This document shows, piece after piece, positions 22,789 through 34,050 of a DNA stretch of 64,000 bases. This DNA is from Chamaesiphon sp. (GTDB taxonomy: Bacteria; Cyanobacteriota; Cyanobacteriia; Cyanobacteriales; Chamaesiphonaceae). A program made the translations under genes and the position numbers. Where the stretch lies: assembly GCA_965246715.1 (NCBI GenBank), contig CBDFFH010000029.1:82687-146686 (forward strand), given 5' to 3'. The notes under the pieces are model-generated. The model had not been told where the DNA came from. It saw only the letters and a program-made list of their open reading frames with translations, and searched no databases. Numbering within the stretch: the first letter of the stretch is position 1; the number at the start of each line of letters is the position of its first letter.

Positions 22789-24237
22789 TTAGCCACGATC
22801 GGCATCGGTAGATTTAAGATTGGTCTGACGAAATAATTTGACGGCGTAGCTGAAGATCTGGGTAATCAGGATGGCTTGGGATGGTGTCCAATTTGGTTTG
22901 CCAGTGCAGATGACACCGACTTCGCCGATCGTCCAGTCTCGCTTGTGGTAATTTGTCGCAGCGGATCGCACGATGTGCGGTTTCGATTTTGCCGAATGAC
23001 CAGGCTGTGGGGCGGCAACGATCGGGCAAATCAGCATTTGTGCTGCTGGATGTAAGAGATTTTGATATAAGCTCGGAACGATCTCTGGAGGTGGATCGAT
23101 CCAATTTAGTTGCAGGCATAGATGTTGATAAAACTCTCGGTAAGACTGAAGATCGACTTGTTTACCGAGCGCACTAACCGGATCGAGCCGTCCTTGGCTA
23201 CCATACTCACAGATGACATTTGCGGTAGCATTTTGGCGATCGTGAATCGATACCCAACAGTAATCGGCTTCGATCGTATCGCCCAAGGCATGGAGCGTTT
23301 GGGTGAGGATGTCATACTCGCTAGTCGCAGTGCTAACTTGTTGCAGGACGAGATTTAAGATCTTGATACAGGCGATCGCTTGCTGATGTTCGGCGGTTTC
23401 CTGTTGGAGGTGAGAGATGAACTTGATTTGAAAGTCTTCTAATTCTTGGTTGCGCCGCTCCCATACATCTGACATTGCCAGCACCCGATCGGTATTGTCT
23501 TGAAACATGATGATACTGCCAACGATCTCGCCCTCGATATCGGCAATCGGCGAGGCGGTATCGTAGATCGGGATTTCGTCACCATTCTTCGCTACCAGCC
23601 AACATTTTTCTGGTGATTTAACAGTCTGGCTCAAGCGCATCGCTCTCAGGCTAGGATTTTCGATCGGGGTGCTATCGCTTTCCCAAATTAGATGAAAGAT
23701 TTGACCGATTTCTAGTCCGATCGCCTCTCGCTCTTGCCAACCAGTCAGCGATTGCGCGAGTGGATTCATCAAGGTAATGAGTCCCTGTCGATCGGTAATA
23801 ATAATCCCCCCACCAATACTGTCTAAAGTATTCAATAAATATGCTTGGGCGGTTTTAGCAGCTCGCTCCTGTCGATGACGCTGGAGGGCGATCTGGATCG
23901 TAGTTTGCAATGATTGTGCTTGAAAAGGTTTGACGATATAGCCAAATGGATTGGTTCGAGTCGCGCGTTTTAAAGTTAGCTCATCGGCATGAGCGGTAAG
24001 ATAAATTACCGGAATATCCAATTGATGATAGATCTCATCTCCAGCAGCGATCCCATCCATTTCTCCTGCCAAGCGGATATCCATCAGCACCAGATCTGGA
24101 TCGGTAGTTAGGGCTGATTGAATTGCTTCCGAGCCTGAAACCACCCGATCGATCGCCGTATGCCCGAGTTTTTCTAGGGTTTCTTTAATATCCCAAGCAA
24201 CAATATGTTCGTCTTCAACTATCAAGATATTAGCCAC
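22789..24237 (-). CDS. Response regulator: REC + PAS + GAF-like domain
   Basis: ILIVEDE, LMDIRL and VKPF receiver motifs; PAS (ITLMNPLAQSLTGW); GAF-like end. Confidence 0.87.
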   Translation of the reverse strand: MANILIVEDEHIVAWDIKETLEKLGHTAIDRVVSGSEAIQSALTTDPDLVLMDIRLAGEMDGIAAGDEIYHQLDIPVIYLTAHADELTLKRATRTNPFGYIVKPFQAQSLQTTIQIALQRHRQERAAKTAQAYLLNTLDSIGGGIIITDRQGLITLMNPLAQSLTGWQEREAIGLEIGQIFHLIWESDSTPIENPSLRAMRLSQTVKSPEKCWLVAKNGDEIPIYDTASPIADIEGEIVGSIIMFQDNTDRVLAMSDVWERRNQELEDFQIKFISHLQQETAEHQQAIACIKILNLVLQQVSTATSEYDILTQTLHALGDTIEADYCWVSIHDRQNATANVICEYGSQGRLDPVSALGKQVDLQSYREFYQHLCLQLNWIDPPPEIVPSLYQNLLHPAAQMLICPIVAAPQPGHSAKSKPHIVRSAATNYHKRDWTIGEVGVICTGKPNWTPSQAILITQIFSYAVKLFRQTNLKSTDADRG

Positions 24238-24291
24238 GATCGGGAGCCTAGAGATGGGTGAGTGAGAGGGAGAGAGGGGGGATGTCCAGTA

Positions 24292-27200
24292 TTAGGGACG
24301 GATCGGAAAGACAATCTTGAAGACAGTCATCTCATCAGTCTCTAACTCTAAGGTACCTTTAATTTGCCGAATCAGGGACAACACTAATGTTAGTCCCATC
24401 GATCGCACATTATTGATGTCGAAATCAGCAGGTAACTTTTGGCCGTTATTTGCTACCGAAAGGTTCAGAAAATCTGCGCCACTGGTTACGAGTTTTACTA
24501 ATACCTGCCCACGATTGCCATCAGGAAAGCCATGTTTGAATGCATTGGTAACTAATTCATTAATTATCAAGCCACAGAGCACAGCTTTGTCTATACCGAT
24601 CGTCACATCTGGCTGGATATCCACTTGGAGGGAGATCGTCGTGCGAGCGACAGTATAGCTTTCAAATAAGTTATTAACTAAGATTTGGACGTATTCGGCA
24701 AAATTTAGGGCTGCTAAATTTGTCGATTGGTACAGAATTTCATGAATCAACGCCATTGCCCGCACCCGGTTTTGACTGTCTTGGAGAATTTCAGCTAATA
24801 GTGGATCGGTGATGCGATTGCTTTGCAAACTCAGCAGACTCGAAATAATTTGGAGATTGTTGGTGACCCGATGGTGGATTTCGCGGAGCAATACTTCTTT
24901 TTCGACTAACGAGTTTTGGATCTGCGTTTCCGATTTGCGCCGTTCGGTAATATCTTCGATCGCCAGTAAAATACTCTGTTCCTCAAGATCGTCGCTAATC
25001 TTGCGGGCATTGAGCAACAACACCCGAGGCTCGCGGTTGTCGAGCGGTTGCGTCATCTCAAAATCATTAAATTCGGTGTTACTGGTGAGGATAGTTGCGA
25101 GTAGCGATCGCAAACTCGGCAGATCCCACACCCCGTTGCCCAACTCAAAGATCGATCGCTGCTCGGTTTGCTCTGGCGTTACGGCAAAAGTACTGTAGAA
25201 ATAGCGATTGGCCCGAATTATCCGAAAGTCAGCCGCTAAAACTAGGAGTGGCTGTCTGACCGTTTCGACGATCGCATTAGCATAGTCCCGTGCGGCTTCT
25301 AAGCCCATCGCACTGCGCTTGAGCGTATCGATATCGATCGATCCCATTACTACCCCGTCGATGCGATTGTCGAGCGTCCGATATGGGCGAATCCGCAAGC
25401 TGTACCACCGTCCCATGCGATCCTGGACTTCCTGCTCCTTGGTCACGAGGGTATCGATCGTCTCCTGAATCGATGCGCCTAGCTCGGGGAGAACTAGATT
25501 GGGCTGAATGTCGCTAAACGGACGACCTAAATCGGTAGGAATTAAGTTAAAAACTTGTTGAGCTAGCGTCGTAAAGCGCCGAATCTTTAGACCGCCATCC
25601 AACATCAAAATCGAAATATTGATATTACTCAACAAATTCTGAAGATCGTTGTCGATCTGGCTCAATTCGGAATTGCGACCGTTGAGTTCTTCATTAATCG
25701 TGTGCAACTCCTCATTAGTTGCCTGGAGTTCCTCTTGAGATGTTTCTAATTCTTCATTCGTACTTTGTAACTCCTCATTGCTGGACAAAATTTCTTCATT
25801 TGCTACTTGGAAGGCACTTTCGATCGACTCCTGCTCCTCAATCATCGCCTGTAAATATGCCTGTGTTGCAGCTAGTTCTTGTTGCAATCGGGTATTTTCT
25901 CGCGCTAAGGCTGACTGTTTGCCGCCTTTACCCACAGCGCTGACAGTAGCATCGGATTCGATTCCCGCGAGCGCTGACTCCTCAAATAGCACCAGAAAGT
26001 AGCGTCTGTCCGCGCCGATTTTAAAGGGAATCACCTCAAGATCGATCTTTTTAATCCCAGTGGTAGTTTGCACATGTAAGCCCTCTTGTCGGACGACTTC
26101 GTTTTGCTGTTTGGCCTGATGGACGGCGGCGCGTAATCCTACCAAAATATCCGATTTTGCCATCTTAAACAGATTGAAACTCGGTTTGCCCGCAGCAGGT
26201 TCGAGATAAGCACCTGTTTGGCCGCGAAACTGGACGATATTCATCTCCTCATTGACGATCGCACCGACTGGAGCGTAACGGTTTAAGACGATTCGATCCG
26301 CTTCTTGGTGGAGATCGAGATCGCTGCGATTATCTTCATCGATCGGCATCAGCGGCTTCACTTTTTCTAAGGATAAATTGCTGCTATTATTAAAACGTAG
26401 GTAGTGGCTCTTGTGGTCTAGTTTTCGTCGATAAATCTTCGATTTTTTATCGACTGGATCGAATAATTCCGAAAATTCCCCGATCGTCTCTGAAGTCCCT
26501 AAGATCGCGAAACCATTGGGATTGAGTGCATAATGAAAAATTGGGATCAGCCGTTTTTGTAATTCTGCACCTAAATAAATTAGGACATTGCGACAGCTAA
26601 TCAGGTCGAGCTGTGAAAATGGTGGATCGACAATCAGATTTTGTTTGGCAAAAACGCATAACTCACGAACTGATTTACCGATCTGATAACCGCCCTCTAC
26701 TTCTACAAAAAAGCGTTGTATTCGCTCGCTACTCACGCCTTCCATCTGTCCTAATGTATAGATACCTGCGCGAGCGCGGGCGATTGAAATTTCACTAATA
26801 TCCGTTGCAAAAATCTGAATTGGTAACTGAATTTCCTGCTCTTCTAAATACTCCAACAAACAGATTGCGATCGAATAGACTTCCTCGCCTGTCGCACACC
26901 CCGCACTCCAAATTCGCAGTGACGCTCCTGGATGTTTGGCTGCGAGCATCGCTGGAAAAACTTTACGCTTGAGTGTATTAAATACAAAGAGATCGCGAAA
27001 GAAACTGGTGACGTTAATTAATAAATCTCGATATAACTCTTCTACTTCTAGTGGCTCAGACTGAAGATAGTGGAGGTACTCATCCAGCCTGTTGAGATTG
27101 TGTAACGCCATCCGCCGCAGCATCCGCCGCATCAACGTTGCCGACTTATAGCCTGTAAAGTCTAGCCCTTTTGCCGTTTTGAGCAGCGTAAAAATTATTG

Positions 27201-27876
27201 CTAAAGTATTGTTGCTAACGGGTACAATTTCAACTACCTGCTGGGTGGGGATTTGGGCAATATAGGCATGTTGACCGATCTTTGCCAACTCCACCGCGAT
27301 CGCTTCTGGCGGTAAAATGAAGTCCACACAACCCGTAGCAACTGCGTGCTGTGGCATTCCCCCAAACTTGGCGGAAGCCAGATCCTGAGCGAAGGTAATC
27401 CCCCCAACAGCTTTGACAGCCGCCAATCCCAGTGCGCCATCCCCATCAGTACCTGATAATACCACCGCGATCGATCGATTTTGGCGGTGAGTAGCTAGCG
27501 ATTGAAAAAAGCGATCGACTGGTAAATTTCGCACCTGCGCCAGGTCGCGGGGTACTAACTGTAAGTTATTTCCCGCTAGCACCATTGCTGTATTCGGCGG
27601 AATGATGTAAACGCGATTTGCGATTACCTCCATGCCATCGATGACCTCAGTCACCGGCATCGTCGTCGTTCGCGCCAGTAATTGAGTCAATAGGCTCTCA
27701 TGGGTCGGATCTAAATGCTGGATCAATACGAATGCCATGCCCGTATCTGGTGGTAGCTGCTTGAGCAATTTGGTAAATGCTTCCAATCCACCTGCTGAAG
27801 CGCCCACGCCCACAATCGGACACACTAGCTCTAGCTTGTCTTCGTGCTGCCACCCGTTAGATTGTTTTGAGGCCAT
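24292..27876 (-). CDS. CheB-CheR fusion with coiled coil, PAS domains and HisKA_2-type histidine kinase
   Basis: GASAGG (CheB); WSAGCATGEE and ISCRNVLIY (CheR); NEELQSTNEEL repeats; EIHHRVTNNLQ and NELVTNAFKH. Confidence 0.93.
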   Translation of the reverse strand: MASKQSNGWQHEDKLELVCPIVGVGASAGGLEAFTKLLKQLPPDTGMAFVLIQHLDPTHESLLTQLLARTTTMPVTEVIDGMEVIANRVYIIPPNTAMVLAGNNLQLVPRDLAQVRNLPVDRFFQSLATHRQNRSIAVVLSGTDGDGALGLAAVKAVGGITFAQDLASAKFGGMPQHAVATGCVDFILPPEAIAVELAKIGQHAYIAQIPTQQVVEIVPVSNNTLAIIFTLLKTAKGLDFTGYKSATLMRRMLRRMALHNLNRLDEYLHYLQSEPLEVEELYRDLLINVTSFFRDLFVFNTLKRKVFPAMLAAKHPGASLRIWSAGCATGEEVYSIAICLLEYLEEQEIQLPIQIFATDISEISIARARAGIYTLGQMEGVSSERIQRFFVEVEGGYQIGKSVRELCVFAKQNLIVDPPFSQLDLISCRNVLIYLGAELQKRLIPIFHYALNPNGFAILGTSETIGEFSELFDPVDKKSKIYRRKLDHKSHYLRFNNSSNLSLEKVKPLMPIDEDNRSDLDLHQEADRIVLNRYAPVGAIVNEEMNIVQFRGQTGAYLEPAAGKPSFNLFKMAKSDILVGLRAAVHQAKQQNEVVRQEGLHVQTTTGIKKIDLEVIPFKIGADRRYFLVLFEESALAGIESDATVSAVGKGGKQSALARENTRLQQELAATQAYLQAMIEEQESIESAFQVANEEILSSNEELQSTNEELETSQEELQATNEELHTINEELNGRNSELSQIDNDLQNLLSNINISILMLDGGLKIRRFTTLAQQVFNLIPTDLGRPFSDIQPNLVLPELGASIQETIDTLVTKEQEVQDRMGRWYSLRIRPYRTLDNRIDGVVMGSIDIDTLKRSAMGLEAARDYANAIVETVRQPLLVLAADFRIIRANRYFYSTFAVTPEQTEQRSIFELGNGVWDLPSLRSLLATILTSNTEFNDFEMTQPLDNREPRVLLLNARKISDDLEEQSILLAIEDITERRKSETQIQNSLVEKEVLLREIHHRVTNNLQIISSLLSLQSNRITDPLLAEILQDSQNRVRAMALIHEILYQSTNLAALNFAEYVQILVNNLFESYTVARTTISLQVDIQPDVTIGIDKAVLCGLIINELVTNAFKHGFPDGNRGQVLVKLVTSGADFLNLSVANNGQKLPADFDINNVRSMGLTLVLSLIRQIKGTLELETDEMTVFKIVFPIRP

Positions 27877-28160
27877 CGGCAAAGTGTAGTTGAAAGAGAC
27901 GGATCGGTCAAACCAGCCCCTAAAACATTATTGCAGACCGATCGGTTTGAGGTTGTTGCGGTTGTTGAAGTTGCGACACTAGCCATTTAGCGCTCGGTAA
28001 TTTTAGTATACCGCCTCCGAATCCTTACTCGACAGCGGTAACCATCTAAACTGTCGCTCTTGCCTCCACAACTCGCAGTGCAAAACGATCGGTGACGCTC
28101 GCTGAATTTAAATCTCGCTGGTAGTGCCCGATCGGCACCAGCGATCGAAAATAAGCTACA

Positions 28161-28282
28161 CTAAGGTTCGGTTCGATTGGGGAGCAGCTAATCGAGGTAA
28201 CGGGGAAAGTTTGGTGCAAAACCAACGCTGTCCCGCAACTGTAATGTCATCCATCGCGATCGCTAAGTCAGAATGCCCGCCG
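28161..28282 (+). promoter_or_regulatory. Cobalamin riboswitch
   Basis: GGGGAAAGTTTGGTGCAAAACCAACGCTGTCCCGCAACTGTAA ... AGTCAGAATGCCCGCC (B12 box) directly upstream of cobW. Confidence 0.92.
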
Positions 28283-28323
28283 AAAGTTAAGTTCGAGTCT
28301 GTACGCTGGATACAGTTTAAGCT

Positions 28324-29358
28324 ATGGCTAGTAGGATTCCCGTTACGATTATTACCGGATTTTTGGGTAGTGGTAAAACTACTTTAATTCGGCATTTACT
28401 CACCCACAATCAAGGTCGGAGAATTGCCGTCATCGTCAATGAATTTGGCGAACTCGGTATCGATGGTGACTTGTTACGTTCTTGTCAAGTTTGCCCCGAA
28501 GATGAAGCACCAAATAATATTGTCGAACTGACTAATGGGTGTTTGTGTTGTACCGTCCAAGAAGAATTTTTGCCCACCATGCAGGCATTAATCGCCCGTC
28601 GCGATGACATCGACTGCATCCTGATCGAAACTTCGGGTCTGGCACTACCCAAGCCGCTGATTACCGCCTTCCGCTGGCCGGAGATTCGCACTGCTGCCAC
28701 GGTTGATGCGGTAATTACGGTCGTAGACTGCGATGCGGTCGCCGACGGTAGATTTGCCAGCGATCCGGCGAAAGTCGATCTCCTCCGTCAAGCTGATGAC
28801 GAACTCGATCATGAAACTCCGCTCCAAGAATTATTTGAAGATCAATTAGCTTGTGCTGACTTGGTAATTTTAAATAAAACCGACTTAGTAAATCAGCAAC
28901 AATATCAGGCTGTCATCGACCTTATCCACCAAGAATTATCGCGATCGGTCAAAATAGTTAATAGCGATCGCGGCATTGTCGAACCTGAAGCAATTTTGGG
29001 TTTCAATTCCGCAGTAGAAGACCATCTGCACGAGCGTCCCAGTCATCACGACACCGAGGAAGCACACGAACACGATGATGAAATCGGATCGACTCATTTG
29101 GTCCTCGATCGCGAATTCGACCCCAAACAATTGCAGCATCAATTAGAACGATTAGTCGCCGAACAGGAGATTTATCGAATTAAAGGGTTCGTCGCTGTGC
29201 CGAATAAACCGATGCGATTGGTAATGCAAGGTGTTGGCAATCGGTTCGAGCATTTTTACGATCGACCCTGGCACGCCGACGAACCACGAGAAACCCGATT
29301 GGTATTTATCGGTCAATCGATCGACTCAGCAGCGATCTCCGCTCGATTATGCCAATAG
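28324..29358 (+). CDS. cobW: Cobalamin biosynthesis GTPase CobW
   Basis: GFLGSGKTT, GCLCC and ETSGLALPKPL motifs; His-rich linker; riboswitch upstream. Confidence 0.95.
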   Translation: MASRIPVTIITGFLGSGKTTLIRHLLTHNQGRRIAVIVNEFGELGIDGDLLRSCQVCPEDEAPNNIVELTNGCLCCTVQEEFLPTMQALIARRDDIDCILIETSGLALPKPLITAFRWPEIRTAATVDAVITVVDCDAVADGRFASDPAKVDLLRQADDELDHETPLQELFEDQLACADLVILNKTDLVNQQQYQAVIDLIHQELSRSVKIVNSDRGIVEPEAILGFNSAVEDHLHERPSHHDTEEAHEHDDEIGSTHLVLDREFDPKQLQHQLERLVAEQEIYRIKGFVAVPNKPMRLVMQGVGNRFEHFYDRPWHADEPRETRLVFIGQSIDSAAISARLCQ

Positions 29359-29491
29359 ACTTGTCTCGATCGGTCTTAGGAAAAGTAACACGATCGAATT
29401 CTAATAACTAACGGTCGATCGATTATTTAGAATGCTAAGGGCAGGGCATCGATCGTGCCTGGATGGGTGCTGTCCCCTACATCATATTTCC

Positions 29492-30370
29492 ATGTCTAAC
29501 GAAATCACTGGTAAAACGCTCTATCTCGTCGGTACGCCGATCGGGAACTTGGAGGATATAACGATGCGCGGCATTAAGGTATTGCAAGATGTCGATCTGA
29601 TTGCGGCGGAAGATACTCGTCATACTGGCAAATTATTGCATCATTTCCAGATTAAGACTCCCCAGATCAGCTATCACCAGCATAACGAACAACAACGTAT
29701 TCCTGAATTGATCGGTCAATTGCAAGCGGGAAAATCGATCGCCATTGTCACCGATGCGGGGATGCCGGGAATTTCCGATCCGGGCTATCTTATCGTCGCA
29801 GCTTGCGTCGCGGCGGGAATTCGGGTAATTCCTATTCCCGGTGTGACAGCAGTAATTACGGCGGTGAGTGCCTCGGGATTGCCTACCGAGCGCTTTACCT
29901 TTGAAGGCTTTTTACCTGTTAAAGGCGAGGAACGCCGCGATCGATTAGAGTCAGTTTCCGGTGATGCCCGGACGCTGGTATTTTATGAATCGCCCCATCG
30001 CTTGCGACAAACTTTAGCAGATTTTGCCCAGACATTTGGTAGCGATCGTCAGATCGTTCTCGGTAGAGAATTAACCAAATTACATGAAGAATTTTGGCGG
30101 GGCGATATCAGTGCAGCGATCGAGCATTACACTCGCATCGAACCGCAAGGAGAATATGCGATCGTGGTTGCAGGCGCAGCTGTCAGTCCGCCAACGCTCT
30201 CGGATGAGGCGATCGAACGCGCTCTAATCGAGCTAATGTTGCAAGGGACATCTCGCTCTCAAGCTAGTCGGATCGTTGCCGAACAAATTTCTCAGCCGCG
30301 TAGATACGTCTATCAATTAGCGCTAGCGATCGATCTCGATCCCGACAAATCCTCGACTTTTCCCGCATAA
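29492..30370 (+). CDS. rsmI: 16S rRNA (cytidine1402-2'-O)-methyltransferase
   Basis: VGTPIGNLEDIT, AAEDTR, DAGMPGISDPG and YESPHR; start moved to ATG 29492. Confidence 0.95.
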   Translation: MSNEITGKTLYLVGTPIGNLEDITMRGIKVLQDVDLIAAEDTRHTGKLLHHFQIKTPQISYHQHNEQQRIPELIGQLQAGKSIAIVTDAGMPGISDPGYLIVAACVAAGIRVIPIPGVTAVITAVSASGLPTERFTFEGFLPVKGEERRDRLESVSGDARTLVFYESPHRLRQTLADFAQTFGSDRQIVLGRELTKLHEEFWRGDISAAIEHYTRIEPQGEYAIVVAGAAVSPPTLSDEAIERALIELMLQGTSRSQASRIVAEQISQPRRYVYQLALAIDLDPDKSSTFPA

Positions 30371-30439
30371 CTCGATCGATTTGCCCCAACTTTAACCCGA
30401 ACTGACATTAATGGCATAACATTAACCTCCCCGAAAATG

Positions 30440-31324
30440 CTATCCCAGCGCTGATAGGTCGGCAAAAGTGCCCATCGGAGCGGTTTTAATCCCCTCACAG
30501 GTGCGGCCGATCAGTCCAGCGAGGACTTTACCAGGGCCGACTTCCAGTGCGTGCTGGATCCCTAATTCAGGCAACTGGAGAGAGATTTCCCGCCACCGGA
30601 CAGAACCAGTAATTTGCTTGTCGAGGCGTTCTTTGAGTTCGTTACCGTCGATTGCTGGCGTGGGTGCTACGTTCGACAATACGGGGATGCTGGCGTTGTG
30701 GAAGATGACTGGGGCGAGTAATTTGCTAAATTCGGCAGCGGCTGGTGCCATCAAGGGTGAATGGAACGCACCCGATACTTTGAGCGGAATCGCTTTTTTA
30801 ACTTTAATTTTGGCAATTACCTCGGCGATACCTGCGGCGGTACCAGAAATTACAGCTTGCGCGGCACTGTTATCGTTAGCTAAGACTACATCTTCGGTTG
30901 AGGCGATCGCGTCTTCAAGTTGCACGCGATCGAATCCCAGTAAAGCCGTCATGCCCCCTCCCGCAGCCATTTCCATCAGTTCGGCGCGACGTTTGACTAG
31001 TTGCAATCCAGTTGTAAAGTCAAATACACCAGCAGCGTAGAGCGCGACATATTCACCTAAGCTATGTCCAGCAACGACAGCGGGAGCCAAGCCTTTTTTC
31101 TGAAGCAAATCGACTAAGATACATTCAACGACATACAAACAGGGCTGCGTGTAGCAAGTATTGGCTAATTTTTCGGAATCGTGTTGACAGATATCGACTA
31201 CCGACCAACCGAGAATTTCGGTAGCGCGATCGAATGTGGTTTTAGCTGAAGCGATTTCTAATAAATCTACCCCCATATTCAGCGCTTGCGAGCCTTGTCC
31301 GGGAAATACCCATGCGGTTTTCAT
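30440..31324 (-). CDS. fabD: Malonyl-CoA:ACP transacylase
   Basis: FPGQGSQ, GHSLGE and VSGAFHS motifs. Confidence 0.97.
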   Translation of the reverse strand: MKTAWVFPGQGSQALNMGVDLLEIASAKTTFDRATEILGWSVVDICQHDSEKLANTCYTQPCLYVVECILVDLLQKKGLAPAVVAGHSLGEYVALYAAGVFDFTTGLQLVKRRAELMEMAAGGGMTALLGFDRVQLEDAIASTEDVVLANDNSAAQAVISGTAAGIAEVIAKIKVKKAIPLKVSGAFHSPLMAPAAAEFSKLLAPVIFHNASIPVLSNVAPTPAIDGNELKERLDKQITGSVRWREISLQLPELGIQHALEVGPGKVLAGLIGRTCEGIKTAPMGTFADLSALG

Positions 31325-31433
31325 CTTGGTTGTTATTGGTTATTTGTTATTTGTGAAGATCTCCTTTGTATTTAATGTTGGCATTTGCAAATCCTCCATA
31401 TTTATCGTGGGAGCAATCCAAAATCAAAAATCC

Positions 31434-31529
31434 TCTCTTGTCTCGCTGCTTGGTGGAACGCACGCTGAAGAGACCTCAGCGCGATTCCATCCGCTTTTCG
31501 CGTCGGGAAACCCGACGGGCGCGAGCCGC
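31434..31529 (-). repeat. Mini-element (GCG...CAAGA(C/G)A class) containing a second nested 48-nt element, inserted in an AAAATCC heptamer tract
   Basis: Outer part matches 9818-9865; extra 31447-31494 is absent from that copy. Confidence 0.75.
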
Positions 31530-31595
31530 AAAATCCAAAATCAATTCTCCACCTGTGCTATGATAGCCGATCGCACCCCCTCATCGATCGTCATC

Positions 31596-31988
31596 ATGGG
31601 CAAACAAGTCATTCAAACCAATTTAGCGCCCGCGCCTGTCGGCCCATACAATCAAGCGATCGTTGCTACGGGTAAAATGTTATTTGTATCGGGACAAATC
31701 GCGATCGATCCCGCAACAAATCAGTTAGCGCATAGTGGTGATGTTGCCAAGCAAACCGAATTAGTGATGGCAAATCTAGCAGCAATTTTAACAGCAGCTG
31801 GCGCAAGTTTTGAAGATGTGGTGAAGACAGGGGTATATCTTCAAGATATGAATGATTTTGCGACTGTAAATGCTGTGTACGCGCGGTTCTTTGATGAAGC
31901 TACCGCTCCAGCTCGGGCTTGTGTTGAGGTCGCTCGCTTACCTAAAGACGTTTTAGTCGAAATTGACTGTATTGCAGTAGTGCCATAG
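31596..31988 (+). CDS. ridA: RidA/YjgF family enamine deaminase
   Basis: APVGPYNQA, VSGQI and PARACVEVARLP; real start ATG 31596, not 31236. Confidence 0.93.
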   Translation: MGKQVIQTNLAPAPVGPYNQAIVATGKMLFVSGQIAIDPATNQLAHSGDVAKQTELVMANLAAILTAAGASFEDVVKTGVYLQDMNDFATVNAVYARFFDEATAPARACVEVARLPKDVLVEIDCIAVVP

Positions 31989-32600
31989 GAACAAAAATCG
32001 GCTTTGCTCGATAGCAGAGACTGAAGTCTCTGGGTTCCTCGGCTGACAACGGTTACAACCGCTCAGCCAAAATTTTTTTATCGATCGACCGCGACGGGGA
32101 CGGATGTGGGCTGTCAAATATTTTCAGTATTTGAAAAGCGAAGACTTTCTGTTGTTTAGTAATTATGCCCGCTCGGGATAGCGAAAACTTCCCCGATCGT
32201 CAAAATGAGTAGTTACAATTGTATTTAAGATCGGCGTGCGCGTTAACCATTAGAATATCTTGTACCCTAGTTCGCTCGGTCTTCGACCTGCTTTTTTTGT
32301 AGTCAAGACACCCGCGCTGAAACTGTTACAACAGTAACAGTCAGATTTAGCCCACGCGATCGCGAGGAAAATGTGACTGGTTATCTACCAAAATATTCTC
32401 AAACATTCATGCATCAATTGTGGATAGTTCGCCGGCATCATCAGATCGATCTTCATAAAATATACTCAGTAATCGGGAAAATATTCGAGCAGTTATCGAC
32501 CGAATAATTGTACTTAGATCGAGATTTTAGGCAAGATAAATCTCTAAATTAATTTTGCCAGCTTCCACGCCCCCCATTTCCTGAATTGTTACATACTCCC

Positions 32601-33347
32601 ATGAAAGCTAACCTGCTCTTGACTGCTATCGTTTTCACTGTATTGCCAAGTTCGATCGCTCACGCATATTCATTGCCGTCAAAAGATGCATCTGACTGGC
32701 AGGATTTTGTCTGTAATTACGGCCTACAACATTTGCCGGACAAGGAAAGGGGCGATTTAGCAGCATGTTCGCTCGCGCCCACTTTTGGTAATTCAATTCT
32801 CAGCCAAAATTGTGCTGAAGCAACCAAAAATCCGCAGCCGACTAGTAAACTACAAGTAACTAATCTCGACCCGCAAGCAGCAATTAATTATAATAATCAA
32901 GGTGTCGCTAAATTTAATTCTGGCGATAATTACGGAGCGATCGTCGAGTACGATCGAGCGATTGCAATCAATCCAAAATATGCCGAGTCCTATGTCAATC
33001 GCGGGATTGCTAAATTTAAGGTTGGCAATATTCAAGGAGCGATAAAAGATTACGATCTGGCGATTGCAATTAATCCTCGAGATGGCGAAGCATTCTACAA
33101 TCGGGGAATCGCTCAGTTTGAATCCGGTGAAGAACGATCGGCAATTAAGGATTTCGATCGAGCGCTGGCATTAAATCCCCAAGATGCGGAAGTCTATGGC
33201 AATCGCGGCTTTGCTAAATCTACTCTGGGAGATCGCAAGGGTGCAATCGCCGACTTCAACCAAGCTGCTAAAATATTCCGCCAACAGGGAAAAACGGCGG
33301 ATTATCAAAAAATGATGGGACTAATTCGGCAAATGACAACTTACTAA
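32601..33347 (+). CDS. Exported TPR-repeat protein
   Basis: Signal peptide; four TPRs (AESYVNRG, EAFYNRG, EVYGNRG). Confidence 0.88.
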   Translation: MKANLLLTAIVFTVLPSSIAHAYSLPSKDASDWQDFVCNYGLQHLPDKERGDLAACSLAPTFGNSILSQNCAEATKNPQPTSKLQVTNLDPQAAINYNNQGVAKFNSGDNYGAIVEYDRAIAINPKYAESYVNRGIAKFKVGNIQGAIKDYDLAIAINPRDGEAFYNRGIAQFESGEERSAIKDFDRALALNPQDAEVYGNRGFAKSTLGDRKGAIADFNQAAKIFRQQGKTADYQKMMGLIRQMTTY

Positions 33348-33359
33348 GATTCAGGGATT

Positions 33360-33974
33360 TTGAACGAATCGAGTCAAATTATCACTGCTGAGTGGTTGGA
33401 TCGATCGGCTGTAGCAGTCGCACCAGACTTAATTGGCTGTACCTTGGTGCGACAGCTTGCCGATGGGCGGCAATTACGCGGGCGGATCGTCGAAACTGAA
33501 GCTTATCAGGAGGGCGATCCGGCATGTCATGCCTATCGCAAACAGACAGCACGCAATCGGATTATGTTTGGGGCTGCGGGGTATATCTATGTGTATCTAA
33601 TTTATGGCATCTATCACTGCGTAAATATTGTGACCGATCGCGATGGCTCGCCCAGTGCCGTCCTAATTCGGGCCTTGGAGCTAGATTCAGACACGATCGC
33701 CTTAACTCCTTTCAAACCAAAGGAAAAACCGGAACGAGTAGCCGCAGGGCCAGGGAAACTCTGCCAGGCGCTACAAATCGACCTGAGTTTATATGGTAGT
33801 AAACTCGAAGTCGGACAAGCATTGTGGCTAGAAGCGCGGACTCCAGAATGGCAAGCAAATTTAGATGCAGGGGCGAGCGAACTCATCCAAACGACCAGAA
33901 TCGGCCTAACTCAGGGGCTAGAATTGCCGTGGCGGTGGTATGTCAAAGGTTGCAAAGCAGTTTCCAAGTGGTAA
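33360..33974 (+). CDS. mpg: 3-methyladenine DNA glycosylase (AAG/MPG family)
   Basis: [28 protein letters not shown] and TRIGL motifs. Confidence 0.95.
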   Translation: MNESSQIITAEWLDRSAVAVAPDLIGCTLVRQLADGRQLRGRIVETEAYQEGDPACHAYRKQTARNRIMFGAAGYIYVYLIYGIYHCVNIVTDRDGSPSAVLIRALELDSDTIALTPFKPKEKPERVAAGPGKLCQALQIDLSLYGSKLEVGQALWLEARTPEWQANLDAGASELIQTTRIGLTQGLELPWRWYVKGCKAVSKW

Positions 33975-34050
33975 GATCGATCGATCGCAGCGCCAGCCAT
34001 CTGTTTGAGGTAATTCATCGGCAAAATCTGCCTGTGCTCAGCTATAAATA

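Noticed and set aside
28124..28387. 87-aa ORF upstream of cobW
   Set aside because: Coincides with the cobalamin riboswitch
31236..31595. N-terminal extension of RidA in the ORF track
   Set aside because: Overlaps the fabD start and nested repeats; the family begins at ATG 31596
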